Assembly: GCA_033763455.1 (NCBI GenBank)
Contig: JANRKO010000031.1
Span: 1-64,000, forward strand
DNA from: Polyangiaceae bacterium
GTDB lineage: Bacteria > Myxococcota_A > Polyangia > Polyangiales > Polyangiaceae
Direction of reading: 5' to 3'
DNA length: 64,000 bases
In this document: piece by piece, positions 19,179 through 28,747 of the stretch
Numbering within the stretch: the first letter of the stretch is position 1
How the letters are laid out: each line of letters opens with the position of its first letter
The notes under the pieces: model-generated
Seen by the model: the letters and a program-made list of their open reading frames with translations, nothing else
What the model was told of the DNA's origin: nothing
Databases searched by the model: none
Program-made: the position numbers and the translations under genes

Positions 19179-20678
19179 TCAGCGAATAATGAACTGACAA
19201 CGCCCGTTGGCGCAGGGCACCGCGTTACAGCAGTCGGAGGCCGCCGCACATACTTGGCCATATTCGGCGCACGCTGGCCCGGTAGGGGAGCCGCCGCTAC
19301 CCGCACCGGTGCCGCCGGCTCCTGTGCCAGGGCCCCCACCTGCCCCACCTGCTCCACCTGACCCGGGGGGAGGAGGCGGGACCTCCTGCACCCCACAAAT
19401 GCCACGCGACGCGCCAATCTCAAGCAGACAAATGGAGCCAGGGCAACAATCCGCATTCGCGGTGCAGCCACCACCTTTGGGCTGACAAGCATTCGGTGTC
19501 GTGAGCTTGGTGCAAACGAGATCGCCCCCGGAATTGGGCAAACACGCAAGGTTCAAGTCCTTGCAACAATCCAGACTTGTGGCGCACGCCTGGCCCTCCA
19601 TACGGCATTCGCCAAGACCATTACAGCGGGGAATGCCGAGCGCATCCAGCTGGCAGAAATCCAGCTTCTTGTTGGTATCACCGCAGCAATTGGCGCGCGC
19701 CGTGGAATTGTCGCACTGGTAATCTTTGAAGTGGCAAATATTGCCCTGAGGGTTGCAGCCTGTTGGGTTCCGACAGCGTCCGAATTGGGAGCCAGCGTCC
19801 TTGTTGCACGTGACGTTGCCAGCGCCCGGAAGATCGGTGCCAGCGGCGCCACAACAGTCTTTATCTTCTCGGCACAGCTCGCCATCAATGCGGCAACCCT
19901 GAGCAGGCTGGCAGATAGCTACACCTGTGGGGCCATACGGCGCGCACAGGCGGCTGCAGCATTCCCCACAGCCATTGCAGAGCTGCCCGTGAACCTTGCC
20001 GCAGTTGGTGGCACCAGCTGCCGGAGCGCCACAGGTTCCGAGCGAAGCACCGCCTGCAATAGTGCAGATGCCGGAGCAGCATTGATCATTCTTAGAACAG
20101 GCGTCGTTCTGTTGGACGCAGAAAGAAGCGCCTATCTGGCACAGGCCGCCGTTGCACAGGTTGGAGCAGCAATCGGAAGCTTTAGTGCAAGCGTTGCCGG
20201 AGGTCTTGCAAGAGGTGGAAAGCGGAGTGCATTTGTTGGCGTCACAGCTGCCGCCACAGCATTCGGCTCCTGTTTGGCAGGCGCCGCCATCTTGCACACA
20301 CTGCGTGGCCGCACACGAGCCGCCCGTGCAGCTTAACGTGCAGCATTCGATGGAATTGGCACAGGGCGAGCCTGCGCCCTTACATTCAATCAGCGCGGGG
20401 GCGCACTGTTTGGTGGCGGGGTCGCACGAGTTAGAGCAGCAATCGGCGTTGCTGGTGCACTGGGCTCCGCTCACCTGGCAGTTGAGCATCGTTCCCGTGC
20501 CGGCGATGTTCCCTATGCCCCCTGTTTGACCCAACCCCAACCCACCCCCTGATCCGTTCGTGCCGATGCCCGCAGCGCCGGCCTGTGCTCCGCTCGTGCT
20601 CTCGTCAGCTCCGCCGCACCCGCCAGCAGTTCCTAGAACGAGCAGGCAGCCTGCAACCAAAATGTGGGAAATTCTCAT
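19179..20678 (-). CDS. Lipoprotein with about 11 tandem C-C-CC-C-C (knottin-like) modules
   Basis: Lipobox AGGC, Gly-rich linker, repeats such as CKTSGNACTKASDCCSNLCNGGLC. Confidence 0.85.
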   Translation of the reverse strand: MRISHILVAGCLLVLGTAGGCGGADESTSGAQAGAAGIGTNGSGGGLGLGQTGGIGNIAGTGTMLNCQVSGAQCTSNADCCSNSCDPATKQCAPALIECKGAGSPCANSIECCTLSCTGGSCAATQCVQDGGACQTGAECCGGSCDANKCTPLSTSCKTSGNACTKASDCCSNLCNGGLCQIGASFCVQQNDACSKNDQCCSGICTIAGGASLGTCGAPAAGATNCGKVHGQLCNGCGECCSRLCAPYGPTGVAICQPAQGCRIDGELCREDKDCCGAAGTDLPGAGNVTCNKDAGSQFGRCRNPTGCNPQGNICHFKDYQCDNSTARANCCGDTNKKLDFCQLDALGIPRCNGLGECRMEGQACATSLDCCKDLNLACLPNSGGDLVCTKLTTPNACQPKGGGCTANADCCPGSICLLEIGASRGICGVQEVPPPPPGSGGAGGAGGGPGTGAGGTGAGSGGSPTGPACAEYGQVCAAASDCCNAVPCANGRCQFIIR

Positions 20679-20820
20679 ATATAGTGCTCTTTTTAGGTTC
20701 GGCCCGACCCCAGGGGCCCAATAGGTGCGAGGGGCGGCGCCCCGGCCCGGAGGGGAGTCGTGTTCGTTCTACCCGATGAGTGGAGGGGCCCACTGTCGAT
20801 TATCAGCTAGGGTCGGAGGA

Positions 20821-21666
20821 ATGAAGTTTTTGGCGCAAAGAGGCCCGATAGCGAGCGCGCTTTGGGCTTTGCTCGCGGCCTGCGACGACACGCTTTTGGT
20901 GGGTCGCACGGGGGGCACGGCAGGGGCAACCTCGAACGCCATCTGTTTGCCCAGCCGGTGTGGGGGCGCCACGCTCGCTTGCGGCGACTGCCTCGACAAC
21001 GACGCCGACGGCTTGGTGGACGCGGCCGATCCGGATTGTCTGAACGCGTGTCAGCCATCAGAAGCTAACTTTCTGGACGCCAAGATCATGGAGGCCAACC
21101 GATGCGCTCAGGATTGCTACTTCGATGGCGATCTCGGGCCCGGTAACGACGGCTGCCAGTGGCCCCTGGAATGCGATCCGCTGCGCGATGCTCAAAATGC
21201 TCGCGGCAAATGCTCCTACGATCCGAGCTTCATCGTGAAAGTGGGCGCTCGGGATCTCACCTGCGCGGAGCTCAGCGCCACGCAAGAACCAGGCTGCGTT
21301 TTAAGCTGTTTACCCCTAACGCCAAACGGTTGTGATTGTTTTGGCTGCTGCAAGCCTCCTGGGCTCGACCACGCCGTGTGGCTCGGTTCGCAGGACGACG
21401 CTGGAAACCCGACGTGCTCGGCGGCAACCCTCGGTGACCCCGCGCTCTGCCGTCCGTGTACGCAAGTGCCGAGTTGCCTGAACACGTGCGACGCGTGTGA
21501 AGTGTGCGTGGGGAGGGCCACGCCAACTGCGAACTGTGATCCACAAACGCGCTGCACAAATGGTCGTCCACCGTGTGGGCAACCGGGGGATGCCAGCTGC
21601 CCTAACGGGAATTACTGCGTAAGTGGCTGCTGTGTGGACACGAGCGCCTCAAGCTTGGGCAAGTGA
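20821..21666 (+). CDS. Cys-rich lipoprotein with Ca-binding-like DxDxDG motif
   Basis: GGAGG RBS before the ATG at 20821; lipobox LAAC; CGDCLDNDADGLVDAADPDC; PNGCDCFGCC. Confidence 0.8.
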   Translation: MKFLAQRGPIASALWALLAACDDTLLVGRTGGTAGATSNAICLPSRCGGATLACGDCLDNDADGLVDAADPDCLNACQPSEANFLDAKIMEANRCAQDCYFDGDLGPGNDGCQWPLECDPLRDAQNARGKCSYDPSFIVKVGARDLTCAELSATQEPGCVLSCLPLTPNGCDCFGCCKPPGLDHAVWLGSQDDAGNPTCSAATLGDPALCRPCTQVPSCLNTCDACEVCVGRATPTANCDPQTRCTNGRPPCGQPGDASCPNGNYCVSGCCVDTSASSLGK

Positions 21667-22499
21667 GGGGAGCCGGAAAACGTCTTTCGGAAACGCACCA
21701 CGCGCTGCCGCGCTTCTGAGAGACGCCCCAGGTGAACCAAGGCTTCGGTGGCGATCACTTCTCGCTCTTGAGCCAGCACTCCCTTCGGGAACTCCGTTTG
21801 GTGCTGGCGGCACAAACGCAGCGCTTCCGCCGGTGATGCCTGCAACAGACCTCGTGCCTTTCCAAGAACGCGAGCTTCGGGCAAAAGCCCAGAATTTCCT
21901 GGGGAATGGCCGGGCTTTTCGCCAGCTGAATGGGTGCCCGATGCGTCGGAGGGGCCAATGCGCGGAGGCGCTTGGGCAGGCTGCGGAGGTGCGAGCGGCT
22001 CAGCCGGCGCCGGCGCCTCAGGTAAGGGAGACGCAACAGAGAGGGGAACACCCGCCTGTGGAGAGCGCATTGGAGCGCTCTTGCCTCCCACTGCCTGACC
22101 CTGAGGCGCTCGGGTCGCTTCGCCGCTCCCGCTTAACTCCTCGTGGCGCGAGGCTAGCACCCACGCAACCCCTGTGACCCCACCTAACACCACTAACAGC
22201 GCACCAACCTTGGCCCCCACCACGCCCCAGCCCACACTGGAAGCACCGCTTGCGGCCCCAACCTGCCCAAGCGCGATCGAGCCTTTGGCCGCTGCATCAG
22301 CCGCAGCCAACGTCGCCGCAGCACCACCTACGGTTGCTGCCGCTCCCAGCGCCAAAATGGGTCCCAACCCTGAGCGCATGCGTGCCATTTGCTCTGGCCC
22401 CGGCGCAACCCCGCGCGCTTCCTCAAGCCCCACCACTAAGTGATCGGGCAGACCCGAGGTGGCAGAGCTCCAGCGCGGCGGATCTTCGGTGCTGCTCAC
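21612..22499 (-). CDS. Putative anti-sigma factor (one TM, Pro-rich linker, C-terminal TPR-like helices)
   Basis: GTG start overlaps the sigma stop; TM segment; ALRLCRQHQTEFPKGVLAQEREVIATEAL motif typical of myxobacterial ECF partners. Confidence 0.7.
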   Translation of the reverse strand: MSSTEDPPRWSSATSGLPDHLVVGLEEARGVAPGPEQMARMRSGLGPILALGAAATVGGAAATLAAADAAAKGSIALGQVGAASGASSVGWGVVGAKVGALLVVLGGVTGVAWVLASRHEELSGSGEATRAPQGQAVGGKSAPMRSPQAGVPLSVASPLPEAPAPAEPLAPPQPAQAPPRIGPSDASGTHSAGEKPGHSPGNSGLLPEARVLGKARGLLQASPAEALRLCRQHQTEFPKGVLAQEREVIATEALVHLGRLSEARQRVVRFRKTFSGSPHLPKLEALVSTQQPLTQ

Positions 22500-23080
22500 A
22501 GCTCTCCTCCGTGCAAGCGATTCATTGCCTGAAGAATCACTTCCCGCGCTGCATGGAGCCGTGAATAGGCCGTTTGCAGAGGGCAACCGACCGCTTCGGC
22601 CACCTCCTTCATCGACAGGCCCTCAATCTCGTAGAGTACGAAGACGGCGCGTTTGTCGGCGTCGAGCGCCTCCAGAGCGCGCTCAAAGGCTGCCATCGCT
22701 CGCGCACGATCGAGATGCACCTCTTGAGTCTCGGCGTAACCGCCCTGAAGAGGGTCTGCACTCGCCTGCTCGTAGCGGATGTGCGCCCGCTGCCGGTAAT
22801 CCTTCGCGACGCGAAGGCAAATCGCATAAAGCCACGTTCGCACCGAAGACCGACCCTCGAACTCTGCGAGCTTCCGGTGCACGATGACAAAAACTTCCTG
22901 ACACACGTCCTCCGCGTCCGCTTCCCGAACCCCGAGGTGGCGCAACGCGCGCCAAGCAAAGGCAGCGTATTTTTGGAAGATTTCTGCGGTTGATAGGCCA
23001 TTGGTGCTGCCCACTATGCGGCTCCCGGAACCTTGGTCTGGGTCCGCGCTACTTTCAGTGTGTGGGGCTCCAGCGATCAA
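22496..23080 (-). CDS. ECF sigma-70 family RNA polymerase sigma factor
   Basis: DAEDVCQEVF, RTWLYAI (region 2); RAVFVLYEIEGLSMKEVAEAVGCPLQTAYSRL (region 4 HTH). Confidence 0.95.
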   Translation of the reverse strand: MIAGAPHTESSADPDQGSGSRIVGSTNGLSTAEIFQKYAAFAWRALRHLGVREADAEDVCQEVFVIVHRKLAEFEGRSSVRTWLYAICLRVAKDYRQRAHIRYEQASADPLQGGYAETQEVHLDRARAMAAFERALEALDADKRAVFVLYEIEGLSMKEVAEAVGCPLQTAYSRLHAAREVILQAMNRLHGGEL

Positions 23081-23084
23081 ATTA

Positions 23085-24095
23085 TCAAAAGAAGTCTAGA
23101 CCAACTCCCGCAAACCAGGAAGCCACGACAAGATCTTGACGGTGGAGCAGCGTGCTCCCCCCCATCTGATCTTCGGCCACAACCCGATAGCGGGGCCAGG
23201 CTGCCCCAATCAGAGCATCGGCAGAAAAACTCCAGCCTTCTGAGAACCTAACGCGGCCTCCCACGCCCGCTTCCCCGCGCGCAAACAGCCCTGCTCTTTC
23301 CAGGCTCTCGGCGTAGCCAAAACCTTCAGCCTTTATCCACGCGAATTCGGGCCCCAAGCACACTGGCACTTCGACTACGGGCCCCAACAGGCGCACGCAT
23401 GCCGCTAACCGCAAGCTGCTCTGTGAAATGTCGTATCCGCCCGTCTCGCTCTGCTCGCGCTGGCTTTTGAACCACAGGGCGCGCGCTAGGAAAGAATACG
23501 TAGAAGGCGCATGCAACGAAACTCCGAGTGCCGGCGAAAGGCTCAATTTTGGCTGAAAATTGGCGCCCAAAGCCCCACCGAGCTCAAGATTTCCCCGCCA
23601 ACGCTCCGAGGCGATGCGACGCTCCGAAGGTGGGAGCCCGGGTGCCGGCGGGCTCGTTGATCCGTTCACAGATTGTCGAGAACTTGCGTCTAGAAGCAAC
23701 CCGAGGACAAGACCCAACGGTTGTGCCAACTCCCCACAATCGCTGCCAACAGCAGGCAAATCGCGAGCTCCCTCGGGCTTACCGTGGGGGCCCAGGAGCT
23801 TCACCTCGGCATTCCAGCCCTTCGGCGTTCGCCGATACACAACGACGGCGCGGCGCCCCCCTGCCTTAAGTTCCCCGGCCCGATCGCCCAGAATGCCGCG
23901 CACGCGGGCCGCGAGATCGGCCGCCACGGGGCAGCGCTCATCTCCCCCCGTCACCTGGATGTCCGGGGGCTCAGCCCAAGCACCGCCGGTTACCAAGCAG
24001 GCGGCTACGTGCAGCGCCAGGCACGTTGGGCGAGCGGATCTGCCTCTTTTTTTGCGATAACGGCTAATGCCGGGAAAGTGAGCGTTCATCCACAT
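23085..24095 (-). CDS. Secreted protein with small Cys-bridged N-domain and C-terminal beta-barrel-like region, ECF-associated
   Basis: Signal-like segment, CP..ADL..RV...LG and R.LP....C..L motif, amphipathic strands, terminal Phe. Confidence 0.6.
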   Translation of the reverse strand: MWMNAHFPGISRYRKKRGRSARPTCLALHVAACLVTGGAWAEPPDIQVTGGDERCPVAADLAARVRGILGDRAGELKAGGRRAVVVYRRTPKGWNAEVKLLGPHGKPEGARDLPAVGSDCGELAQPLGLVLGLLLDASSRQSVNGSTSPPAPGLPPSERRIASERWRGNLELGGALGANFQPKLSLSPALGVSLHAPSTYSFLARALWFKSQREQSETGGYDISQSSLRLAACVRLLGPVVEVPVCLGPEFAWIKAEGFGYAESLERAGLFARGEAGVGGRVRFSEGWSFSADALIGAAWPRYRVVAEDQMGGSTLLHRQDLVVASWFAGVGLDFF

Positions 24096-24239
24096 GGCCG
24101 ACGGAGCCGTTCAGCAATAACGCCGCCAGAATAGCACCTAACGCTCGCATTAGCCGAAAGAGCGTCGGAACTTTGACGCTCCCTCCCCCCCGAGACTTAT
24201 CAAACGCGTGACTTCTGCCCCTTTTGCGCGCCAGAGGCT

Positions 24240-25118
24240 GTGCCGTCCATTGCTAACGTGAATAGCATCCTAGGCCTGATCGTTGTGTTTGGTTCGGTGA
24301 TTGGCGGCTTCATGCTGTCCAAAGGCCCCCTGCACGTGCTGTGGCAACCGAACGAATTGATCGTGATTGGTGGTGCTGCTCTTGGCACTGTTATTATCTC
24401 GGCCCCTGGAAGGTTATTGCCTCGCATGGGCCACGCTATCGGTAAAGCCTTCAAGCCAGATATTCCCAAGGCCTCCGATTACTTGGACCTCTTGGTGTTG
24501 ATGCACCGCATGTTTCAGCTCATGCGTCGCGACGGTGTCTTGGCGATGGAGAACCACCTGGGCGATCCGCACAAGAGCAGCCTGTTTCAAAAACACCCCT
24601 CGGTACTCAAACGCCACCACGCCTTAACGTTCTTACTCGAAGGCGTGAAGCAATTGGTGGATGGATGCCCACCCGACGACGTAGGCTCTATGCTGGAAAC
24701 CGACATTGAGACCATCCACGAAGAAGAAGCGGCTTCGATTGGACTTCTGCGCACGACGGGTGATGCTTTGCCGGGTCTTGGCATCGTAGCGGCCGTGCTC
24801 GGTATCGTTATTACGATGGCGCATCTCGACGGTGGCCCTGAGGAAATCGGTCATCACGTGGCCGCCGCGCTCGTGGGAACGTTCCTCGGAATTCTTATGT
24901 GTTACGGCATGGTGGCGCCACTTGCCGCCAGCTTGGACGCTCAAGCAAGCGCCGAAGGACGCTACTTGAATTGCATGAAGGCTGGCTTGGTCGCCGCGGC
25001 ACGCGGTTCCAACGCTTCAGTGGCGCTTGAGTTTGCGCGACGAACGATTTTCCCCGACGAACGCCCGAGCCTCAAGCAGCTGGAAGATGCGATTAAGGCC
25101 GTGAAGGATTCCAAATGA
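24240..25118 (+). CDS. motA: Flagellar motor stator protein MotA
   Basis: LWQPNELIVIGGAA, RRDGVLAME, DALPGLGIVAAVLGIV, AAALVGTFLGIL..YG..APL, EFARR. Confidence 0.92.
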   Translation: MPSIANVNSILGLIVVFGSVIGGFMLSKGPLHVLWQPNELIVIGGAALGTVIISAPGRLLPRMGHAIGKAFKPDIPKASDYLDLLVLMHRMFQLMRRDGVLAMENHLGDPHKSSLFQKHPSVLKRHHALTFLLEGVKQLVDGCPPDDVGSMLETDIETIHEEEAASIGLLRTTGDALPGLGIVAAVLGIVITMAHLDGGPEEIGHHVAAALVGTFLGILMCYGMVAPLAASLDAQASAEGRYLNCMKAGLVAAARGSNASVALEFARRTIFPDERPSLKQLEDAIKAVKDSK

Positions 25119-26077
25119 GCGCAGGCAAGCAGGCCGAAAGGCCTCGCATCGTCTACGTAAAAAAGAAGGGGCATGCAGCCCACCATGGTGGCGCGTGGAA
25201 AGTGGCGTACGCCGACTTCGTGACGGCCATGATGGCGCTCTTTATGGTGTTGTGGCTCGTTTCGCAGACAGATAGCGAAACGAAGCAGGAGTTGTCCGCG
25301 TTCTTTCGAACCGGCGTATTCTCCGGCGCCCCAGCGCTGGTAATGGGCGGCTCTGGCGTTTCGGAAAAAGCGCACCTGGATACCGCCGGACAAGGCGTTG
25401 CAAAGACGGAACGTGTGGGCTTTGAGCTTGCCAGCAAGAACGTGAAAGGTGTCGTGCGGTCGATGACGCCGAGCCTGCAAGCGATAGTAGACAACATACG
25501 GGTGGAGGTCACCAAAGATGGACTTCTGATCCAGATCCTGGATGGCGGCAAGGGCACGTTATTTGACCTTTCGTCTTCGGATCTGAAACCCGCGCTCGTC
25601 GAACTCTTGAAGGAGCTCGCCCCGATCTTGGGCCAGCTTCCTAACAAGCTTCAGATCCATGGGCATACGGATTCACGACGCTTTTCCAGTCGCTCTGGCC
25701 GTGATAACTGGCAACTGTCTTTCGAACGGGCTTACCGCGCGCGCCAAGTGCTGGAAGCTGCGGGGATCCCTAGCACACAGCTTGTAGGTGTATTCGCCCA
25801 TGCAGATTCTGATCCGATTAACCCTAAGGATAGGTTTGCCGCGGAAAATCGGCGCCTCTCCATTTTAGCCGTTATGGAGGGTCAGGAAGACACTGCACAA
25901 CGGGGTTTTGATCCGCTGAACCCCGACGCGACCACGCCTGCGGGGAAATCCAGTGGCGAAATCAAGGCCTACGAGCCGCCGAGCGCAGAGCCGAAGGGCA
26001 CAGGCCAAGCGCCGGACACCGGCACCGAACCCGAAGGAGAAACCAAACCCGAAGCTCCGAGCCGAGGGGAGAATTAG
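25115..26077 (+). CDS. motB: Flagellar motor stator protein MotB
   Basis: HHGGAWKVAYADFVTAMMALF with conserved Asp; OmpA-like domain GHTDS, NWQLS..RA, NRR. Confidence 0.92.
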   Translation: MSAGKQAERPRIVYVKKKGHAAHHGGAWKVAYADFVTAMMALFMVLWLVSQTDSETKQELSAFFRTGVFSGAPALVMGGSGVSEKAHLDTAGQGVAKTERVGFELASKNVKGVVRSMTPSLQAIVDNIRVEVTKDGLLIQILDGGKGTLFDLSSSDLKPALVELLKELAPILGQLPNKLQIHGHTDSRRFSSRSGRDNWQLSFERAYRARQVLEAAGIPSTQLVGVFAHADSDPINPKDRFAAENRRLSILAVMEGQEDTAQRGFDPLNPDATTPAGKSSGEIKAYEPPSAEPKGTGQAPDTGTEPEGETKPEAPSRGEN

Positions 26078-26130
26078 CGGGCGGCGGTGAAGCCCGGCAC
26101 CACGGAAAGTGAATCCTCGTCTTTGATGCG

Positions 26131-26330
26131 CGCTCAGATTCTGCCCTCCGACTGAACGTGCACTTCCACGTGCTCGCTCTCGACGGCGTGTACCTGCGAG
26201 CGCCTGAGACGGAAAGAGGTTCGTCCCCTCACCTTCGGCGTCGCGCAAAATCTCGTCTTCCACTCCCTACCGACTCCGCCCCGCGCCGAGGTCGCGGAGA
26301 TAGCGACCCGCACGCGCGCACGCCTGGAGC
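26131..26330 (+). mobile_element. IS91-family (HUH rolling-circle) transposase remnant
   Basis: RSDSALRLNVHFHVLALDGVY, then in a shifted frame NLVFHSLPTPPRAEVAEIA; no intact ORF. Confidence 0.75.
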
Positions 26331-26450
26331 CGAGGCATGCGTGTCGCCTCGGCTTGGACTATCTGATGCGCTGCTAGAAACACCGCGGCGCTGTGTCAAC
26401 ACGCGGAACGCGCGGCCACTTGGCAATAGCTCGGACGAAGTGCGGAGATT

Positions 26451-26940
26451 TCACGCCAGCGCAATGCCTACCGCCACCAACAATCCGCTGACCATCGCCG
26501 CGCCAAACACCTTCACGATATCTGCGCCGAACGCCCGCCCTCCGCTCACCCAAGCGACGGCACCTTTCACGATGGTATTGCTCCCGACCGCGACCGTGAT
26601 GGCGAGGGCTGCTACGTTCATTCCCAATTCTCCTTGTGCAGCCAGGCGCGTGGCAGCGAGCGTGACAGCATCCACATCCATGAACCCCGAGATAGCTGCG
26701 GTGGCGACGAAGCCTGAATCTCCGAAGCTGCTTCTTTGCCACGGCCGAGATGACCAGAATGATCGCCAAGAGTGTTCGCACGCCGAAGAAAGACTTAGGA
26801 CTTGCACTCGCCTCCTCACGTGGCACCGCGCGGTCGGACACATCGCTGTGTTCACGCTCCAAGCCGACGAATAGGCCAATGCCTATCGCAAGTAGGGCTT
26901 CGAGGAGGAGACTGAGCGTGAGGTCATCGACGGGGAGCAC
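26451..26940 (-). pseudogene. MgtC/SapB-DUF4010 membrane protein, internally deleted and frameshifted
   Basis: N-terminal IGLFVGLERE...GVRT joined directly to C-terminal helices; SGFMDVDAVTL...SNTIVK lies in another frame. Confidence 0.75.
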
Positions 26941-27096
26941 GCCAACACCCTAAGCACCTTTGGTAAGGGGGCTCAAGGTTTCCGCTCTGAACCGAGAGTT
27001 GAGAACCCACGATGGTAGTCAAGATCACGTTGGCACTGGATCCCGAGCTAAACCGCGTTGGGGCCTTCGACCATGAATATTGCTCGCTATTGGGCA

Positions 27097-27572
27097 TTAG
27101 AGTTCCAGGATATCGCCCGCGTGGAGTCGCCGGAGGAAGGTGTCCACCGGAAGAACCCAGGTTCCCTCAACGCGAAGCTCGTGTTTGCCACGGTACACGA
27201 GGTAGGTGGCCGCGGGCATCGCAGCGGATAGCGCGGCAAGGCCCTTACGGTGCTCAGCCCGGTAGGTGGAGGCGTGCTTGACCTCGATCGCCACAACTTT
27301 CTTGCCGTGCCAAAATACGAAGTCGACTTCGCTGCCGGTCGGTGTGGACCAATAGCCGAGACTTCCCTTGATGTCAGCGTAGTGAAGGTAGCTTTGGAGT
27401 TCGTTGAACAGGAGGTGTTCGAGCAGTACACCATTCCAGTCCTCGGGCAAGGGTTGGTCGAAGGCTCCGGCGGTGGCATTCAGCCCGCCGGGGTCGAACC
27501 AATAGAACTTTGATGCCGCAACTTCCTTGACCTTGGCTCGCGGCCGGTATGCGGGTAACCAGCTGCCGATCG
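27097..27572 (-). pseudogene. 3' remnant of an AAA/DUF4143 ATP-binding protein
   Basis: PAYRPRAKVKE...KFYWFDPG, LEHLLFNEL, YWSTPTGSEVDFV, AIEVK; no Walker A region upstream. Confidence 0.75.
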
Positions 27573-28043
27573 TGGAAACATCGCCACCAAATTTACCGTC
27601 AAATTGGTGTCGATGTATACAGCTTGTATTTTGCTTGCTTGTTGGCGGTGCCCGCAGCTGGCTCACCTAGGCTGGCCGCAGCTTCTCGGACGGTGCAGCG
27701 GAGGCACGGTGTGGTAGCCGCGAGGTTTGGCCGAAGAAGTAACGGAGCGTTGACCCCCAAGGCCCCATACGCTCCCACTCGGACCAACCGCGGTTGAAGA
27801 CGGTGCGACCGCGTTCTGGACGGGGGATGCGGCGATGTCCATTCGCACGATCCGAAACTTCATATTGATCAAACCTCCTGAATGACGCAAAGCTCGCAGT
27901 GCCAAAAACCCCACTTGGGTTGGAGTCCCCAACTCTGACGTCCGCGCGGGGGTCGCCCCTCGCTTCGGGACGTCCGACCCCGGCTAGCCGAATTGCGCGC
28001 TCGGTCTTAGGATGCTGCCTTGTCCAAAATCCGAAGCTAAGGA

Positions 28044-28691
28044 GTGACGCTGATGAGTGACATCGAAGAAGTTCGTGGAAAACGCGCGCTGATACAGTTT
28101 GAAGCCAAAAAATGCATTCATTCGCGGCACTGCGTGCTGGACCGCCCGGACGTATTCGTGCCCAACGTGGCCGGAGAGTGGATCCACCCTGATAACGCCA
28201 CACCCGAAGAGATTGCAGCACTGGCCGAGAACTGTCCCTCGGGAGCGATTCGCTACGAACGCTTGGACGGTGGGCCCGGGGAAAAGCCGCCGCTCGTGAA
28301 CCTCGCCCGAGTGCGCGAAAACGGGCCGCTTGCCGTGCACGCAGAACTCAACCTCGAAGGCCACGGGGCTCTCTTTCGCGCTACCTTATGCCGCTGTGGC
28401 TTGTCGAAGAACAAGCCATTCTGCGATTCGAGCCACACGGCGGGAGGCTTTTCTGCCACCGGCGAGCCAGCAACACTGCCGTCCGAAGCGCTGAGCGCCA
28501 GAAGCGGCACACTCAAGATCACGCCTGCCAAAAATGGTCCACTTCTCGTGGCAGGCAACCTGGAGTTAGTGTCAGGAACGGGGCGCACGCTCAATCGCGT
28601 TACCAAGACTGCCCTTTGCCGTTGTGGCCAGTCCGCGAACAAGCCGTACTGCGACGGAACGCACGCCAAGGTAGGCTTCAGTTCAGAATAA
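28044..28691 (+). CDS. Fe-S protein: divergent 4Fe-4S (Fer4_19-like) domain plus two CDGSH domains
   Basis: CIHSRHC...CPSGAI; LCRCGLSKNKPFCDSSH; LCRCGQSANKPYCDGTH. Confidence 0.92.
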   Translation: MTLMSDIEEVRGKRALIQFEAKKCIHSRHCVLDRPDVFVPNVAGEWIHPDNATPEEIAALAENCPSGAIRYERLDGGPGEKPPLVNLARVRENGPLAVHAELNLEGHGALFRATLCRCGLSKNKPFCDSSHTAGGFSATGEPATLPSEALSARSGTLKITPAKNGPLLVAGNLELVSGTGRTLNRVTKTALCRCGQSANKPYCDGTHAKVGFSSE

Positions 28692-28731
28692 CAATCCGCA
28701 CACCTTCAGTTCAGAATAACAATCCGCACAC
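28676..28731. repeat. Perfect 28-bp tandem duplication spanning the CDGSH stop codon
   Basis: CTTCAGTTCAGAATAACAATCCGCACAC at 28676 and 28704. Confidence 0.9.
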
Positions 28732-28747
28732 TTGAGAGTGCTCGCTT

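Noticed and set aside
24240..26077. Zorya (ZorA/ZorB) defence system
   Set aside because: Sequences carry canonical flagellar MotA/MotB motifs, there is no long ZorA tail, and no zorC/D/E genes are adjacent
27914..27935. tRNA T-arm-like sequence GGGTTGGAGTCCC
   Set aside because: It lacks TTCG, and no cloverleaf or acceptor stem could be formed
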